From Azolla caroliniana (taxonomy: Eukaryota > Plantae > Polypodiophyta), in contig JBHGNT010000021.1 in assembly GCA_043228905.1 (NCBI GenBank), forward strand, positions 12,710,001 through 12,774,000: DNA of 64,000 bases, written 5' to 3'. The notes below the pieces were generated by a model, which ran no database searches, was not told the DNA's origin, and saw only the letters and a list, made by a program, of their open reading frames with translations. The position numbers and the translations under genes were made by a program. Of this stretch, positions 1 through 9,895 are shown one piece after another (the first letter of the stretch is position 1; each line of letters opens with the position of its first letter).

Positions 1-1
1 G

Positions 2-544
2 CCCGTCTTCGGTTTCCAGCAAGAGGCCCACTTGCTCCCGATCCCGCTCGTCGACCGACTTGACAAACAGCAAGACCCGGCTCGTGTCCAGGATGGTTCG
101 GTCGAGCGCCGAAAGGCGCGCAAAGTTTTCCTCGAACTCCCGGAGGAGTGCCGACGCGTTTCTTCCCTTCCCCGGGGACTCCACCCATTCCATGAACCTT
201 CGCTTCGAAAGCCGGAGCGTGTCGTCCAGCCCGTATTTCTCTAGGAGCCGACCTTCGAACTCCTCCCAGGTACGGCTCTCCGCCCGCACCTCGAGCACCT
301 CCGCATGGATGCTCGGCATCGCCACTCGGGGAAATCCGGCAAGACGCCTTCCTTCCGGAATGTCCCGCATCAGCATCTCTGCACCGTAGGACGCCAAATA
401 CTTCGTGGCATCCTTCCCATCGAACCGGCCGATCGTACCGACGACCGCCTCAATAGCTCTGTCGAGGGCACCGGTGCTCTCGCGCGCGTTTACAATCCGA
501 TCCACGGCCGAAGCCATGGCCTCTGCGAGATCCGACCCCCTCAT
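2..544 (-). CDS. gag: Gag N-terminus of a tRNA-Trp-primed Ty3/gypsy element (runs off the left edge)
   Basis: ATG at 544-542 just after the PBS. Open frame MRGSDLAEAMASAVDRIV...GRFDGKDATKYLASY... to the window edge, homologous to the gag at 62448 onward. Confidence 0.75.
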   Translation of the reverse strand, partial: MRGSDLAEAMASAVDRIVNARESTGALDRAIEAVVGTIGRFDGKDATKYLASYGAEMLMRDIPEGRRLAGFPRVAMPSIHAEVLEVRAESRTWEEFEGRLLEKYGLDDTLRLSKRRFMEWVESPGKGRNASALLREFEENFARLSALDRTILDTSRVLLFVKSVDERDREQVGLLLETEDG

Positions 545-566
545 CTTCTGCTCTTCTGCCGCCTCT

Positions 567-584
567 TTCACGTCGGGTTCACCA
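567..584 (-). promoter_or_regulatory. Primer-binding site complementary to the tRNA-Trp 3' end
   Basis: Minus strand TGGTGAACCCGACGTGAA, 3 nt inside the LTR end. Complements ...TTCACGTCGGGTTCACCA of plant cytosolic tRNA-Trp (recalled, not searched). Same 18-mer at 62398-62415. Confidence 0.8.
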
Positions 585-587
585 AGA

Positions 588-1376
588 TGTCGGGATATTA
601 TGCAAGTGCGTGTGGAATCGAGGCGGGACCGCGGGGGTCTCGAACCAAAGAGCAAGCGAGGGAGGGGAAAGAGAGAGAACCGGCTACGCAGGACCGGGGT
701 ACACAGGGACACGGCCCTTCAGCACGGAGAACACGAACAGACACCGACACAGACAGATGCGAATGGCTAAATGTGTATATTAAGAAAAACGGCTAACACG
801 ACTACAACCCTCGACGGGGCACAGGTTGGTTACGACCGAACAGGCCGGCGAACAGATGCCGATGCCTGTTCACTTCGACGCTCAAAGGGGCTGTAGCTGG
901 TCGGAGGTGCTGCCGGAAGCACTCGGGCGTTCCTCGAAAACAGCGCGAGCCTCCTCGGAACCCTGCACGGAAAGCTATGGGGCTCAAGAAGGAAGGAAAC
1001 AGAGAGCGAAGCGTCCAGAAACGGTCCGGCAGCACTTCGTCCTCTCTGCGCGAGATATCCCTGCAACAGCTCTTTCCCGCTCCTTATATATGCCGACGAG
1101 CAGGCCGTCCTGTCAGCTTTATTCCCTGTCCCTTTTGGACAGGGATCCGCTCCGTTTTTCACGCATCCGCGTAGTTACGCCGCCGACTCGTACAGTTCGC
1201 GCGCGCGACCGAAAAGACTGTTCGCGCGGTCTTTGTCTCCACTTGAGTTAGGGCCCGTTCCTGCCGATTATCCTCCTAATTCGCTTCTATGTACTACTTG
1301 GAGCGTGCGCGCGTGAAGAACCGGTTCCCACGCCTTGGTGCGCCGATTCCGCCTATGGACGGTTTTCTTCACGACA
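588..1376 (-). repeat. 5' LTR (789 bp) of the Trp-primed Ty3 element
   Basis: Minus strand starts TGTCGTGAAGAAAACCGTCCATAGGCGG and ends CCCGACA next to the PBS. Same start as the LTRs at 10807, 61138 and 61773. Confidence 0.85.
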
Positions 1377-1398
1377 ACGTGAAGGGCGGCAAGGGAGC

Positions 1399-1790
1399 AT
1401 GGAGATGGAAGAAGACTTCGACTTTGAGGAGATGATGGCAAAGATCGTGATGGAAGCCGGACGGAAGATGGCGAAGCGAGATGTGGCTCAACAAGCCGTC
1501 GAAAGGGTGGTCGATCGAGTCGGCCGGTTCAATGGGAATGAGGTCCTAAAAATTTTGGGAGCCTACAAGGCCGAGATGGCGAAAGGGGGCGTAGACGAGG
1601 CGATGCGGCTAGAGTAATTTCCTCGAGTGGCGGCCGTATCGGTGCACAAGGAGGTCAAGGAGCTACGAGAAGCTCATGAGTCATGGGTGTCCTTTGAGGG
1701 AGCCCTATTGGAGGCGTACGGGTACACAAAACCGGAAGGAAGAGGTCAACATGAGTTCGATCGGTGGGTGTGCCGGCAACATGATGCGAG
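1399..1790 (+). pseudogene. gag: Degenerate gag N-terminus
   Basis: VERVVDRVGRFNGNEVLKILGAYKAEM...*FPRVAAVSVHKEV aligns with IESIVGSIGRFGGKDATSYLEAYRAEM...FPRVVTPSIHAEV at 62465 onward. In-frame stop at 1615-1617. Confidence 0.7.
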
Positions 1791-2194
1791 GCGGTCGGCC
1801 ACAACACGGCCCGCGAGCGGCGGAGAAGAGAGAACGGCGAGTGAGTACGCACTACCGCCGGAAGAGAGCTCAACGCAAAACGGTTCGGAGGAGCTCGACC
1901 TAGAGGTGCTAATACGGGAGGCATGCAGGCTTGTGAAGGCGAAAATCAGAGCCGAAGAAGGGCTTGTTATGGAGTCGGGCCGGAGGCGATCGGAGGATGC
2001 AGATGAAGAAGCCTCCCTAGACGTAGAAGACGGGGGCCTATACGGAGGCCGAAAGAGCGTACGACGGCAACATGGGAGAGGGTGCGGAGCAAGCAACCCT
2101 CTTGCCTTGCGGTGAAGGGTCGGCCATGGAGGCCGGTAACTAAGGATTCGAGACACGGCAGCCCAAAACATCAAGTGGGAAGGCGAGTGGCCGA

Positions 2195-2848
2195 AACGAC
2201 GACGAAGGGGAGGCGACAAGCATAATTGAGGCTTGCATAATCGGAGGCGGGTTAGCCGCGGACAACGACGTCCGAACAGAAGCGGCTACGGACACAACAA
2301 GCGGCGGTGCCGGGTCCTTACCCACACCGGTCCTAGAGGCTCCGGCGGCCGGCCCGAGTGCCGGCATGAGACCTAGAGCAACGGGTGGTGACGGCAGCAA
2401 GGCGGGCTACCATGACGGGGAGAACGACGACGAAGGGGAGGCGGCAAGCATAATTGAGGCTTGCATAATCGGAGGCGGGTTAGCCGCGAACAACGACGTC
2501 CGAACGGAAGCGGCTACAGACACAACGAGTGGCGGTGCCGGGTCCTTACCCACACCGGTCCTAGAGGCTCCGGCGGCCGGCCCGAGTGCCGGCATGAGAC
2601 CTAGAGCGACGGGCAGTGGTGGCGGCAAGGCGGGCTACCACAACGGCGAGAACGATGACGAAGGGGAGGCGGCAAGCATAATTGAGGCTTGCATAATCGG
2701 AGGCGGGTTAGCTGCGGACAATGACGTCCGAACGGAAGCGGCTACGGACACAACGAGCGGCGGTGCCGGGTCCTTACCCACACCGGTCCTAGAGGCTTCG
2801 GCGGCCGGCCCGAGTGCCGGCATGAGACCTAGAGCGACGGGCAGTGGC
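2195..2848 (+). repeat. 228-bp in-frame tandem repeat (3 units here, 4th unit from 8657)
   Basis: Unit starts at 2195, 2423 and 2651. Removing the insertion plus one TSD (5778 bp) moves 8657 to 2879, which equals 2651+228. Confidence 0.9.
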
Positions 2849-2985
2849 TGTCAGGAACTCTATTAAGGCAGAGAAGGAATTAGTACTAAAAGAAGGATTA
2901 GTACTATTGTTGGAGAATAGTACTAAGACAGAGAAGGATTAGTACTATGAGAGGTGTCGAACTTTGAGAGAAGGAATGAGTGAGT

Positions 2986-3021
<36 letters not shown>

Positions 3022-3311
3022 TGATGCGAAAGATATATGTATTATATGAAGGAAGATATACAACAGTAGTTAGAAGGCTTAAGACTGGCGTTGAACCGAT
3101 TTGGTTCGAACTAATGCCTTGCGCCTCCTTTTATAGTGTCTTCAGGAATACTCCTGAAGTTTCTAGAATGTTCCAGAGAAATCTGGAATATACATCAATT
3201 TCCCAATAAAACCTAAATGAAAATAATATCCTTCAAATTACAATTCATAACCTAATGGTAAAGTCTCGACCCGTGTAACAAAAGGTTATGGGTTCGAGTC
3301 TAGTTATGACA
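2849..3311 (-). repeat. 3' LTR (463 bp) of the intact chromovirus
   Basis: Direct repeat of 8159-8621, identical by eye. Adjoins the PPT (minus strand AAAGGGGGGATAG, about 3312-3324). Confidence 0.97.
3248..3302 (+). promoter_or_regulatory. tRNA-like Pol III A-box/B-box module in LTR U3 (second copy at 8558-8612)
   Basis: TAACCTAATGG at 3248, then AGGTTATG, then GGTTCGAGTC at 3291. A-to-B distance 43 nt. Confidence 0.6.
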
Positions 3312-6300
3312 CTATCCCCCCTTTAAAACGACGAGTTCCACGAGTCGTTTTGGATTGAGGACCCGGTTTCTCGGGATATCGTCGATGGAAGTCTTCTAGA
3401 AGAGCACGAGCATTGGTCACATTCTCGATCGGTTCCCAAGTACGCTCGCTGGGACTATATCCTAGCCAATCGACTAGATAGTAGAGCTTGTTGCGAACAA
3501 TCTTGGAATCGAGGATGGCAGCGACCTCATACTCAGGTCCATCTTCGAGCTCGATAGGAGGTGGTGGTTGTATAGTACGTCCTGGGATAGTGCTCTCGTG
3601 ATAGGGTTCGAGGAGAGAACTATGAAACACCGGATGTATCCGAAGTTGCGGAGGTAGCTCGAGACGAAAAGCGACATCATTAATCTTCCCGATAATACGG
3701 AAAGGACCTAATCGCCGATAATCCAACTTCTCACATGGGCGAGTAGTCTTGATGTGTCGTCGTAGCAGCCACACCCGATCTCCAATGTTAAAACTGGATG
3801 GAAGTCGATGACGATCTGCGTAGTCCTTGTGTGATTGTTGAGCTTGCTGGAGTTGAGTAGATAAATCCGCTTGTATCTTGCGTAACCGCTCCAAACGATC
3901 CTCCGCGCAAGGATTTGTGGACACTTCTGGGGTTTCAAGGACACACCACCGGGGATGATATCCCGTATAAGCGTAGAATGGCGTGACTTTAGTCGATGCG
4001 TGGATAGCGTTATTATAGGCAAATTCGGCGAACTGAAGAATATCTGCCCAGTCATTCTGATGATAGTTGAGAAAGCACCGCAGATACTGCTCCAGTGTTT
4101 GATTTGTTCGTTCGGCTTGACCGTCGGTTTGTGGGTGGTAGCCGGAGGAGAGGTTACAAGTGACCTTCAGCATTTTAAAAAGGTGCTTCCAGAATTTTGA
4201 CACAAACTGGGGTCCACGATCGCTGATGATATTATCAGGGAGTCCATGATGCCGACATACTTCCCGCATGACAATTTCGGCGGTGTCTTCACTAGATATT
4301 TCTTTAGTACAGGGTAAGAAATGAGCCATCTTCGTATATCGATCCACCACTGTGAGAATCGCACTGAATCCCTTAGAGACTGGAAGATCTGTAATGAAGT
4401 CAAGAGCAATGGATTGCCATGGCTTGCTTGGAATTGGTAATGGTTCTAATAAACCATATGGATGATGTCTTGGCATTTTCGCTCTGCAGCATGTATCGCA
4501 AGTCCGAACAAAATCTTCGACAAATTGTCGCATACGGGGCCACCAGAATGATCGTTGTACTAAATCTAATGTTTTAGTACTACCAAAATGTCCTGCTGTA
4601 TATGTGTCATGGCAATTTTGTACTACTCGAAGGCGGCAAGAACCATTAGGAACATACAAAAGTTCTTTAAAGAAGAGTAATCCATCACAGTATTTGAATT
4701 GCCGATAATCCGTACCTGGTGATTGTGATTGTGAACATGACGCTCGAGAGGGGTCAATTTGTGCTAGTATAGCTTGGGCGAAAGCGTCAGTCTTCAAGTC
4801 CTCACGTATAGTATTGGTAATGTCGGAATCCACGGGCATGTCAAAGACCTGTGCTGCTTGCAGTCGTGCTGGACCCAAGATTACTTGCTTCTGGTTATCG
4901 AAAGCTGGCTCACCGGGACGTGGTGTTAGATACGAACGCCGTGATAATGCATCTGCCTTCCCTTGGTGCTTCCCCGGACGATATGTAATTTTGAAGTCGA
5001 AGCGTGTGAGGAAGTGGGCCCACCGAGCTTGACGTCGATTCAGTACACGAGCATCTTGAAAGTAGGCAAGGTTCTTGTGGTCACTGAATACAGTGACCTG
5101 ATGAGGAGATCCCTCCAGGAAATGCCTCCATTGCATAAAAGAATCAACTATTGCTAATAGCTCTTTATCATGAATTTCGTAGTTGATTTCGGCGGCGTCA
5201 AACTTACGGGAGTGGAAAGCCACAGGATGTAGCTTCTCGTCGTTACCCTGTTGTGACAGAATGCTCCCCAATGCGAAATCCGATGCGTCAGCTTCGATAA
5301 TGAATGGTTTTTCCGGATCCACATGACCTAAAATTGGAGCTGATGTAAACGCCTTCTTAAGACTCTCGAAAGCCATGTCCGTCTCTTTAGACCAAATGAA
5401 TGATTGTCCCTTCCTGGTGAGCTGTGTGAGAGGCAGCACAATTTTTGAGTAATTTTGTATGAACTTTCGGTAAAAATTTGCAAAGCCTAGGAAGCATTGC
5501 ACATCCCGCACCGAATGCGGAGTGTGCCATTCTATCACCGTTTTGACCTTGGCTGGGTCCATAGATATGCCTTCTGAGGAGATGACATAGCCGAGAAATT
5601 CCACTTGGTTGCACCCGAAACTACATTTCTCCAACTTTGCATACAGACCATGTTCTCGAAGTCGTTTTAGTACTAATAGTACATGAGAATCATGTTCTTC
5701 TTGGGTCTTTGAATAAACCAGTAGATCATCCAAATAGATGATCAAAAAATCATCCAAGAGATCTCGAAATATATCATTCGCCATGTGCTGGAAGACTGCC
5801 GGCGCATTAGTGAGTCCGAACGGCATGACCGTATACTCGAAGTGCCCATATCTGGTGCGAAACGCGGTCTTCCATTCATCTCCTGGTCGGATCCGTACGA
5901 GGTTATAGGCTCCTCGTAAGTCGATCTTCGTGAAGAACCTGGCACCGTTGATCCGTTCTAAAAGACTTGAGATAAGGGGAAGAGCATACCTATTTCTTAC
6001 TGTGACCTTATTCAAGCCACGGTAATCTACAACGAGTCGAAGCGAGCCATCTTTTTTCTTGACGAAGAAAATGGGTGCGCCGGCTGGAGATTTCGAATGC
6101 CGAATGAAACCGTTCTCCAAATTCTCCTCTATATAGGCTCGAAGGACTTCTAGCTCGGTTGGTGACAAATTGTAGATCGGCCCCCATGGCGGCTCTTTTC
6201 CCGGTTGTAAGTCGATGGCGCAATCGTACGGCCGATGATGAGGAAGTGTGTTGGCTTGTACTTTATCGAACACATCAGCATACTGACGATACTTCTCGGG

Positions 6301-6900
6301 AAGTTGAACGGTGGACTCCTCTTTGGTGGTGTTGGAGGGTTGTACTGATATTGCGAAGAGAAACATTTCCTCCTTGCGCCCTTCCTCACGCAACTGACGT
6401 AGCGAAATGGTTGCAACCTTCTGGGTAGATCCTTGGGTTTGTCGCAACCGGATTTCCCTTGTCCTCCAATCTATGTCTGGGTTATGTAACTCGAACCATG
6501 GTAATCCTAAAACTATGGGATGTTCTGGAATACTAATAATATTAAATGATACTACACATGTTAAGTTATCTAGGACAATATTAACGGGTTCCGACTCTTC
6601 TATGATATTACCAGAAGCAATGGGACGACCATCAATGACTACTACTGAGGCTGGACATGGGAGCTTTCTGAGAGATATCTGATGAGCTCGGGCAAAATTC
6701 CTATCCATGAAGCAAGAATTAGCTCCGGAATCTAGAAGGGCTAAGGTATGTACTGGAGGGGTACTTTTAGTACTAACTGCTACTTGGGCTACGAACACAT
6801 CACTAACTTGCTTAGAGGGAATGGAACCACTAATGGGCTGCACAGATCTAGGGCTGTCCAACCAAACGGCTCCTATTTTGGCTGGACTTAGTCGTTTAAC
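3304..6900 (-). CDS. pol: Pol polyprotein: PR-RT-RNaseH-INT-chromodomain, in the -1 frame relative to gag
   Basis: LLDSGA (PR), YLDD (RT), ADASD...DALSR (RH), H-H-C-C plus DDE and GPF (INT), EYEVAAILDS...YLVDWLGY...TWEP (chromodomain). No internal stops. Confidence 0.97.
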   Translation of the reverse strand, partial: VKRLSPAKIGAVWLDSPRSVQPISGSIPSKQVSDVFVAQVAVSTKSTPPVHTLALLDSGANSCFMDRNFARAHQISLRKLPCPASVVVIDGRPIASGNIIEESEPVNIVLDNLTCVVSFNIISIPEHPIVLGLPWFELHNPDIDWRTREIRLRQTQGSTQKVATISLRQLREEGRKEEMFLFAISVQPSNTTKEESTVQLPEKYRQYADVFDKVQANTLPHHRPYDCAIDLQPGKEPPWGPIYNLSPTELEVLRAYIEENLENGFIRHSKSPAGAPIFFVKKKDGSLRLVVDYRGLNKVTVRNRYALPLISSLLERINGARFFTKIDLRGAYNLVRIRPGDEWKTAFRTRYGHFEYTVMPFGLTNAPAVFQHMANDIFRDLLDDFLIIYLDDLLVYSKTQEEHDSHVLLVLKRLREHGLYAKLEKCSFGCNQVEFLGYVISSEGISMDPAKVKTVIEWHTPHSVRDVQCFLGFANFYRKFIQNYSKIVLPLTQLTRKGQSFIWSKETDMAFESLKKAFTSAPILGHVDPEKPFIIEADASDFALGSILSQQGNDEKLHPVAFHSRKFDAAEINYEIHDKELLAIVDSFMQWRHFLEGSPHQVTVFSDHKNLAYFQDARVLNRRQARWAHFLTRFDFKITYRPGKHQGKADALSRRSYLTPRPGEPAFDNQKQVILGPARLQAAQVFDMPVDSDITNTIREDLKTDAFAQAILAQIDPSRASCSQSQSPGTDYRQFKYCDGLLFFKELLYVPNGSCRLRVVQNCHDTYTAGHFGSTKTLDLVQRSFWWPRMRQFVEDFVRTCDTCCRAKMPRHHPYGLLEPLPIPSKPWQSIALDFITDLPVSKGFSAILTVVDRYTKMAHFLPCTKEISSEDTAEIVMREVCRHHGLPDNIISDRGPQFVSKFWKHLFKMLKVTCNLSSGYHPQTDGQAERTNQTLEQYLRCFLNYHQNDWADILQFAEFAYNNAIHASTKVTPFYAYTGYHPRWCVLETPEVSTNPCAEDRLERLRKIQADLSTQLQQAQQSHKDYADRHRLPSSFNIGDRVWLLRRHIKTTRPCEKLDYRRLGPFRIIGKINDVAFRLELPPQLRIHPVFHSSLLEPYHESTIPGRTIQPPPPIELEDGPEYEVAAILDSKIVRNKLYYLVDWLGYSPSERTWEPIENVTNARALLEDFHRRYPEKPGPQSKTTRGTRRFKGGIVS
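6856..6900 (-). promoter_or_regulatory. Putative -1 ribosomal frameshift signal
   Basis: Minus strand G-UUA-AAC (6900-6894), 6-nt spacer, then an 11-bp hairpin GUCCAGCCAAA / UUUGGUUGGAC. Confidence 0.65.
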
Positions 6901-8057
6901 TCTTCTTCTAATTGGCTAAGGACATCAAATTTGTTTGCGAGATTCAGACTATTAGTACTATTAGGACTATTATGACTATGAGGACTATCAGAGATTCCTA
7001 CTGAAATAGACTCGGGTTTAGTATAGTCAGAACTAACAACGACTTGGTTTACCTGCCTTCTTGGTCTATGGGGACAGTTTATCGCGATATGCCCTGGTCC
7101 ACCGCAATAAAGGCATAATCGGTTTGTTCGGCGTCGTTGCTTTTCCTCCTCCGATAGCGGCCCACGACGACGTGTAGTGTCAATTTCCATTGGAGTTGGA
7201 GTACTTACTGGAGGCGCATTATGTGACTCCCTTTGAAAAGGTTTTGCTACCACTGAGGCATAGGTAGGCTCGGATCTTGCCCTCGGCATCTGAAATTGTC
7301 GTTCCGAACGTCGCTCGAAGAGGCGGTTGTCACATCTGACCGCTCGACTGATTGCTTCTGTTAATGATTTTGGCTCTTCAGGGAAAGTCAAGAGTAAATC
7401 CTTGACATCGTTGCGTAGACCATAGCGGAACTGCTCCATCAATGCTTGATCATCCCAGGGGATATCGGCGGCGAGTAGGCGGAAATCTGCAGCATATGCG
7501 GAGGCTGGACGGTCACCTTGGCGTAATCGCCGGATTTTGTTGATTGCAGTCCTTATGCTGTCAGTATCTCCAAAACATGCTTTAAACTCACTTATGAATT
7601 CTTCAAAATTATTTAGTACTGGAGATTCCTTTTCTAGTAGCGGAGCGAACCATGCTAATGCTGAGCCATTTAACAACGTGCCTACTAAACCCACTCGTGA
7701 TGCATCGGTGGGATATCGGGACGGATGCATTTGAATAACTAACCGTACCTGGTTAAGAAACCCTCTAAACTGCGATCGCGTTCCATCGAACTTCGTGGGA
7801 AGGCCAATCTTGGGTTCTTTATGAATCCCTTGTGCTCCGTGCCCTTGTTGTTGCATTGCTACGATGGTTGCTTCGAGTTGTTGCACGCGTAACGCAAGTT
7901 CCCCATGCTGTTGTTGCGTTTGCTGCTTTTCTAAGGAAATTTGCTGAAGATCCCCCAACAAGCGTTGATTTTCTTGTTCCAAAGCATGAAACTTCTCTTT
8001 CAAGCATTGAAATTCCGAGAAAACGGATTGATACTCTTCAGCGCTAACGGTGGCCAT
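6888..8057 (-). CDS. gag: Gag (389 aa) with coiled coil, capsid domain and CCHC zinc knuckle
   Basis: PTKFDG, LVGTLLNGSALAWF, LRQG, PTPMEID and CLYCGGPGHIAINC motifs. Confidence 0.95.
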   Translation of the reverse strand: MATVSAEEYQSVFSEFQCLKEKFHALEQENQRLLGDLQQISLEKQQTQQQHGELALRVQQLEATIVAMQQQGHGAQGIHKEPKIGLPTKFDGTRSQFRGFLNQVRLVIQMHPSRYPTDASRVGLVGTLLNGSALAWFAPLLEKESPVLNNFEEFISEFKACFGDTDSIRTAINKIRRLRQGDRPASAYAADFRLLAADIPWDDQALMEQFRYGLRNDVKDLLLTFPEEPKSLTEAISRAVRCDNRLFERRSERQFQMPRARSEPTYASVVAKPFQRESHNAPPVSTPTPMEIDTTRRRGPLSEEEKQRRRTNRLCLYCGGPGHIAINCPHRPRRQVNQVVVSSDYTKPESISVGISDSPHSHNSPNSTNSLNLANKFDVLSQLEEELND

Positions 8058-8144
8058 GGGATGAAGGAAAAGGGAAATAAGAGACTAGTAGGAAAGGAGG
8101 GAGACAGAAGGAAGAGGGAGAGAAAAGACCAGACAGGCACCCAG

Positions 8145-8156
8145 AAATCGGTTCAA
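8145..8156 (-). promoter_or_regulatory. Self-priming-type PBS (not a tRNA complement)
   Basis: Minus strand TTGAACCGATTT, 2 nt after the LTR, is the exact complement of LTR positions 8412-8401, which lie about 33 nt downstream of TATAAAA (8445-8439). Confidence 0.8.
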
Positions 8157-8158
8157 AC

Positions 8159-8295
8159 TGTCAGGAACTCTATTAAGGCAGAGAAGGAATTAGTACTAAA
8201 AGAAGGATTAGTACTATTGTTGGAGAATAGTACTAAGACAGAGAAGGATTAGTACTATGAGAGGTGTCGAACTTTGAGAGAAGGAATGAGTGAGT

Positions 8296-8331
<36 letters not shown>

Positions 8332-8621
8332 TGATGCGAAAGATATATGTATTATATGAAGGAAGATATACAACAGTAGTTAGAAGGCTTAAGACTGGCG
8401 TTGAACCGATTTGGTTCGAACTAATGCCTTGCGCCTCCTTTTATAGTGTCTTCAGGAATACTCCTGAAGTTTCTAGAATGTTCCAGAGAAATCTGGAATA
8501 TACATCAATTTCCCAATAAAACCTAAATGAAAATAATATCCTTCAAATTACAATTCATAACCTAATGGTAAAGTCTCGACCCGTGTAACAAAAGGTTATG
8601 GGTTCGAGTCTAGTTATGACA
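8159..8621 (-). repeat. 5' LTR (463 bp) of the intact chromovirus
   Basis: Direct repeat of 2849-3311. Contains a TATA box, an (AG)n tract and four TAGTACTA palindromes. Confidence 0.97.
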
Positions 8622-8626
8622 GTGGC

Positions 8627-9895
8627 GACGGCAAGGCGGGTTACCACGACGGCGAGAACGACGAGGAAGAGGTGGCGGCAAGCATAATAGAGGCTTGCGG
8701 AATCAGAGATGGGGGAGCCGCGGACAACGATGTCCGGACGGAGGCGGCTACAGCAACGACGAGCGGAGGTGCCGGGACCTTACCCACACCTATTCTAGAG
8801 ACTTCGGCGGTCGGCCCCGAGAGCCCACGTGAGGCCGGAGAGACAGAAGGTGGCGGCGGCAATGCGGACGATCGAAACGACGGCGAGGAAGGTCATAGCG
8901 GACGGAGGGGAGACCCCTCGACATCGGGGCCGGAGACTACGGTGGTTGCACTCGAATGCCAACATAAGACCGGAGAGAAGGGTGGTGGCCGTGAGGAGGC
9001 ATGGCCCGGAGCGACCACGTGTGAAGATGAGGATGAGAGGCCCGGAACAGGCATATACAAGAGGACCGACGGAGAGGTTGGGAGCGGCAAGGAGGAGAGA
9101 GTCGGGAATCGACCCGACCGGAAGATGAACCGGTCGATAATCCGACACGACTGGAAGACGAGGCGGAAAAAGATTGGAGCGGGGTCCGGTCAACCGGGCC
9201 CGAACCAAAGAAGAGCCGGCAAGGCCAGATTTGTGCGGACAAACATGTACCGGCCGGTTACGATTACGGAAGGGAGCCGACCAAACCGGAACTCGATTGG
9301 CCGAGACCGATCCGGGCGAAGGCTAAGTCGGCATTATTGGAGGTCGAGGCGTACGAGCCACAACACACGGTGGGAGCCGGTGAGCGCGAGAGCGAGGAGG
9401 CTAACCGGGCACGACAAGTACGGGTCGGTAAGAGGCCGAGAGCAAGAGGGACCCTCCCCACCTATTCTAGAGACTTCGGCGGTTGCGGATCAACATAAGA
9501 CCGAAGAGACGGCGGGTGGCGACGAGGAGTTGGGGACCGGAACAGACGAGGCTACCGGAACGGGTACCCGGTGTGTGAAGACGGACGAGCACGACCCAGA
9601 TGGCAAACCGGAGTCAGAAGAGGCTACGGCAACAAAGGACAAAGAGACCAACGCGGAGGTTGGGTTTATGGCGGATGAAGCGTGTAACACGAAGCATGCA
9701 CTACGGACGGCAAAGGGCCAAGAAGCAAGCATGCACCTGGAAGAGCGGCAACGAGTGACCCGCAACGGCGGACAGGTCGAGCCTATGGAAGGCAAGCGCG
9801 GAGCAGGAAGAGTCGACATGCCGAGGTGTTCGGCATGCGGAGACGATAAAACCAAAGGAGGAACGTACACAACACGTAAAGGGCGGAATCCGTAG
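8627..9895 (+). pseudogene. Distal part of a long low-complexity ORF of the non-autonomous element, function unknown
   Basis: In frame with 2144-2848 once the insertion is removed. No recognisable domain. Confidence 0.35.

Larger units (their letters stand above)
2849..8621 (-). mobile_element. Intact Ty3/gypsy chromovirus (Tcn1-like), 5773 bp
   Basis: Two 463-bp TG...CA LTRs, TSD GTGGC (2844-2848 and 8622-8626), uninterrupted gag and pol, PPT, C-terminal chromodomain. Confidence 0.97.
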
